Below, piece by piece: positions 5,025 to 5,732 of a stretch of DNA of 5,732 nt. The translations under genes and the position numbers were made by a program. Below the pieces are notes generated by a model. That model was not told the DNA's origin, made no database searches, and was given only the letters and a program-made list of their open reading frames with translations. Positions within the stretch are counted from its first letter, which is position 1. Each line of letters begins with the position of its first letter. Origin of the DNA: a virus; IMG/VR virus record IMGVR_UViG_3300045988_011417, positions 1 to 5,732 of that record, one strand, 5' to 3'.

Positions 5025-5036
5025 ACGCTTTAGCGT
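5025..5036. repeat. Mini-hairpin ACGC-TTTA-GCGT, the second copy of CGCTTTAGCG.
   Basis: 4-bp inverted repeat with the same TTTA loop. It is embedded in the near-palindrome TTTACGC-TTTA-GCGTTAAA. Confidence 0.45.
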
Positions 5037-5103
5037 TAAATTTTAGTACTTATCAACTTTTCCACCACCTCTACTACTACTCCTACAACAAGTTAATATT
5101 ATA

Positions 5104-5149
5104 TCGCGCGTGCGCGCGTGCGCGCAATCGCGCGTGTGCGCACGCGCGA
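5104..5149. promoter_or_regulatory. Long GC-rich imperfect inverted repeat (hairpin/cruciform) made of two alternating pyrimidine-purine tracts. Candidate origin or structural control element.
   Basis: 5104..5115 pairs perfectly with 5138..5149 (12 bp). On the + strand, 5116..5124 pairs with 5129..5137 (6 Watson-Crick pairs and 3 G-T pairs). The loop is CAAT (5125..5128). Tracts 5105..5125 and 5129..5148 are perfectly alternating Py-Pu. The flanks are AT-rich. Confidence 0.8.
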
Positions 5150-5204
5150 ATTGGATTATTTTATAGACTGAATAGGTTGATACATGGAGTCTTTAAACGA
5201 CAAT

Positions 5205-5236
5205 AGCTCAGTACCTTACTTGATAGGTACTGGGCT
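5205..5236 (-). terminator. Hairpin about 20 nt downstream of the Rep stop. Weak candidate transcription terminator or structural element.
   Basis: AGCTCAGTACCT (5205..5216) pairs with AGGTACTGGGCT (5225..5236) around an 8-nt loop. That is 11 Watson-Crick pairs plus one non-Watson-Crick position (T-G on the + strand, A-C on the - strand). The 3' flank on the - strand is ATTGTCGTTTAAAGA, which is not a canonical U-tract. Confidence 0.3.
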
Positions 5237-5255
5237 AGGTGACACCATGACACTG

Positions 5256-5732
5256 TTAAAGTGTCCCTTTCTTCTTCATCTGCTTCTTTATTACCCTCTC
5301 TTTCGTTTTGCACTGTTCTGCAAAGTCTGCATTTTCGTACTTTAGTCGGTTTTCTGCTATGGCTGCTGCTTGTCTGTTCTGTTTAATTCTCCACAACCTT
5401 TGTGGGTTTTCTGCTTCCATCATTTTTTCATAATAACGTGGAATTTGTGCGTGTTTGCCGTTTGTGCATTGGATATATCCTTGCCTCCAGATTTCTGCTT
5501 TGTGTTCTTGATAGTAGTGGTCTCCCAGACCTGGTTTAAGGCTCATACATGCAAAAGGTTTTTGTTGTCCTAGTTCGTAATATACGTTTGCTTTTTGACT
5601 GTCTATCTCATACATTTTTTTTGTTACGTACCCTGCAACATATCTATAGGTTTCCGGTACTGCTTGCGCTATCTGTATTTGACCCATGCCCCATAGGTTT
5701 GCTAGCCATTTACTTGTGAAATATCCGTTATG
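5256..5732 (-). CDS. VP4: Replication initiation protein VP4, C-terminal part. Positions 5614..5732 duplicate 1..119.
   Basis: The translation ...GMGQIQIAQAVPETYRYVAGYVTKKMYEID... contains RCR motif 3, Y-V-A-G-Y-V-T-K-K. This has two Tyr residues separated by three residues, as in phiX174 gpA (YVAKYVNKK). The tail is basic. TAA stop at 5258..5256. The Met at 5687 used by the ORF track is internal. Confidence 0.95.
   Translation of the reverse strand, partial: HNGYFTSKWLANLWGMGQIQIAQAVPETYRYVAGYVTKKMYEIDSQKANVYYELGQQKPFACMSLKPGLGDHYYQEHKAEIWRQGYIQCTNGKHAQIPRYYEKMMEAENPQRLWRIKQNRQAAAIAENRLKYENADFAEQCKTKERVIKKQMKKKGTL
5614..5732. repeat. Terminal direct repeat, right copy (duplicate of 1..119).
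   Basis: Exact 119-nt identity with the window start. Confidence 0.97.

Larger units (their letters stand above)
1..5613 (-). other. One complete unit of a circular Microviridae (gokushovirus-like) ssDNA phage genome, 5613 nt. All genes lie on the - strand.
   Basis: Positions 1..119 are identical to 5614..5732, which gives the 5613-nt period. The full Microviridae core set (VP1, VP2, VP3, VP4 and a small basic protein) sits on one strand. The Rep ORF is continuous only when the ends are joined. Confidence 0.9.

Noticed and set aside
4849-5046. + strand 65-aa ORF whose translation contains FNTFNTFNRFST...FQQFNKFST repeats.
   Set aside because: The peptide periodicity is just the TTTCAACA DNA iterons read in frame. 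It is on the wrong strand, has no Shine-Dalgarno site and lies in the non-coding control region.
5061-5090. Pyrimidine-rich tract with triplet periodicity (TCCACCACCTCTACTACTACTCCTACAACA).
   Set aside because: No ORF on the coding strand covers it. The tract is short and imperfect. It may simply be a spacer, or a degenerate extension of the TCAAC/ACAACA repeats. That is not enough to call a feature.
5012-5206. + strand 64-aa ORF with ACARARNRACAHAR.
   Set aside because: It reads straight through the alternating CG hairpin, so the Ala/Arg/Cys run is a DNA-structure artefact. It is on the non-coding strand.
4756-5255. Sigma-70-type promoter calls on the coding strand. Examples are TTGAAA-18-AATCAT around 4972..4943, extended -10-like TGATATATC at 4789..4781, and TATAAAAT at about 5167..5160.
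   Set aside because: Each candidate has a poor partner hexamer or poor spacing. The host, and therefore the promoter consensus, is unknown. A promoter must exist in this region, but I cannot place it from sequence alone.
5256-5687. The 143-aa ORF as an independent gene, or as a phiX174 A*-like internal-start product.
   Set aside because: The frame is open upstream through the circular junction to ATG 662. Met 5687 has no Shine-Dalgarno site (the upstream sequence is ...CTAGCAAACCTATGGGGC) and was chosen only because the window ends. An A*-like isoform cannot be excluded, but nothing in the sequence supports it.
1-5732. Integrase, transposase, tRNA, rRNA, toxin-antitoxin or known defence/anti-defence genes.
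   Set aside because: None is found. All ORFs of meaningful length are accounted for by the phage core set plus the peptidase and two orphan small ORFs.

Overview
The window holds one complete, circularly permuted genome of a small ssDNA phage of the family Microviridae, with gokushovirus-like gene content and order. The unit length is 5613 nt. Bases 1..119 recur exactly at 5614..5732, which is the overlap expected when a circle is assembled as a linear contig. Every credible gene is on the - strand, so the window is the complement of the coding (presumably packaged) strand. Reading the - strand from the single large non-coding region (about 4747..5255), the order is: M15 zinc peptidase, a 34-aa ORF, an 81-aa ORF, a 40-aa very basic DNA-binding protein missing from the ORF track, a VP5-like small protein, the VP3 scaffold, the VP1 major capsid protein, the VP2 pilot/minor capsid protein, and the VP4 rolling-circle Rep. 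The Rep gene wraps across the window ends as complement(join(5256..5613,1..662)), 339 aa. The 143-aa ORF in the track is only its C-terminal part. Genes are tightly packed, with ATGA/GTGA-type stop/start overlaps and strong AGGAGG-type Shine-Dalgarno sites. VP1 and probably VP3 start at GTG. Three things merit a second look. (1) The roughly 0.5-kb non-coding region carries two clusters of direct TTTCAACA iterons bracketed by CGC-TTTA-GCG mini-hairpins, a 44-nt almost purely alternating pyrimidine-purine GC hairpin abutting the palindrome TAATATTA, and a further hairpin just 3' of Rep. Together these look like a replication/regulation control module. (2) An accessory cassette encodes an endolysin-type M15 peptidase, but no holin, signal peptide or transmembrane partner is visible. 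(3) The VP1-VP2 junction combines a Shine-Dalgarno site, a GC hairpin, a T-tract and a 9-codon mini-ORF. No rRNA, tRNA, CRISPR array, integrase or transposase is present. All functional assignments come from hand translation and motif recognition, not database searches.
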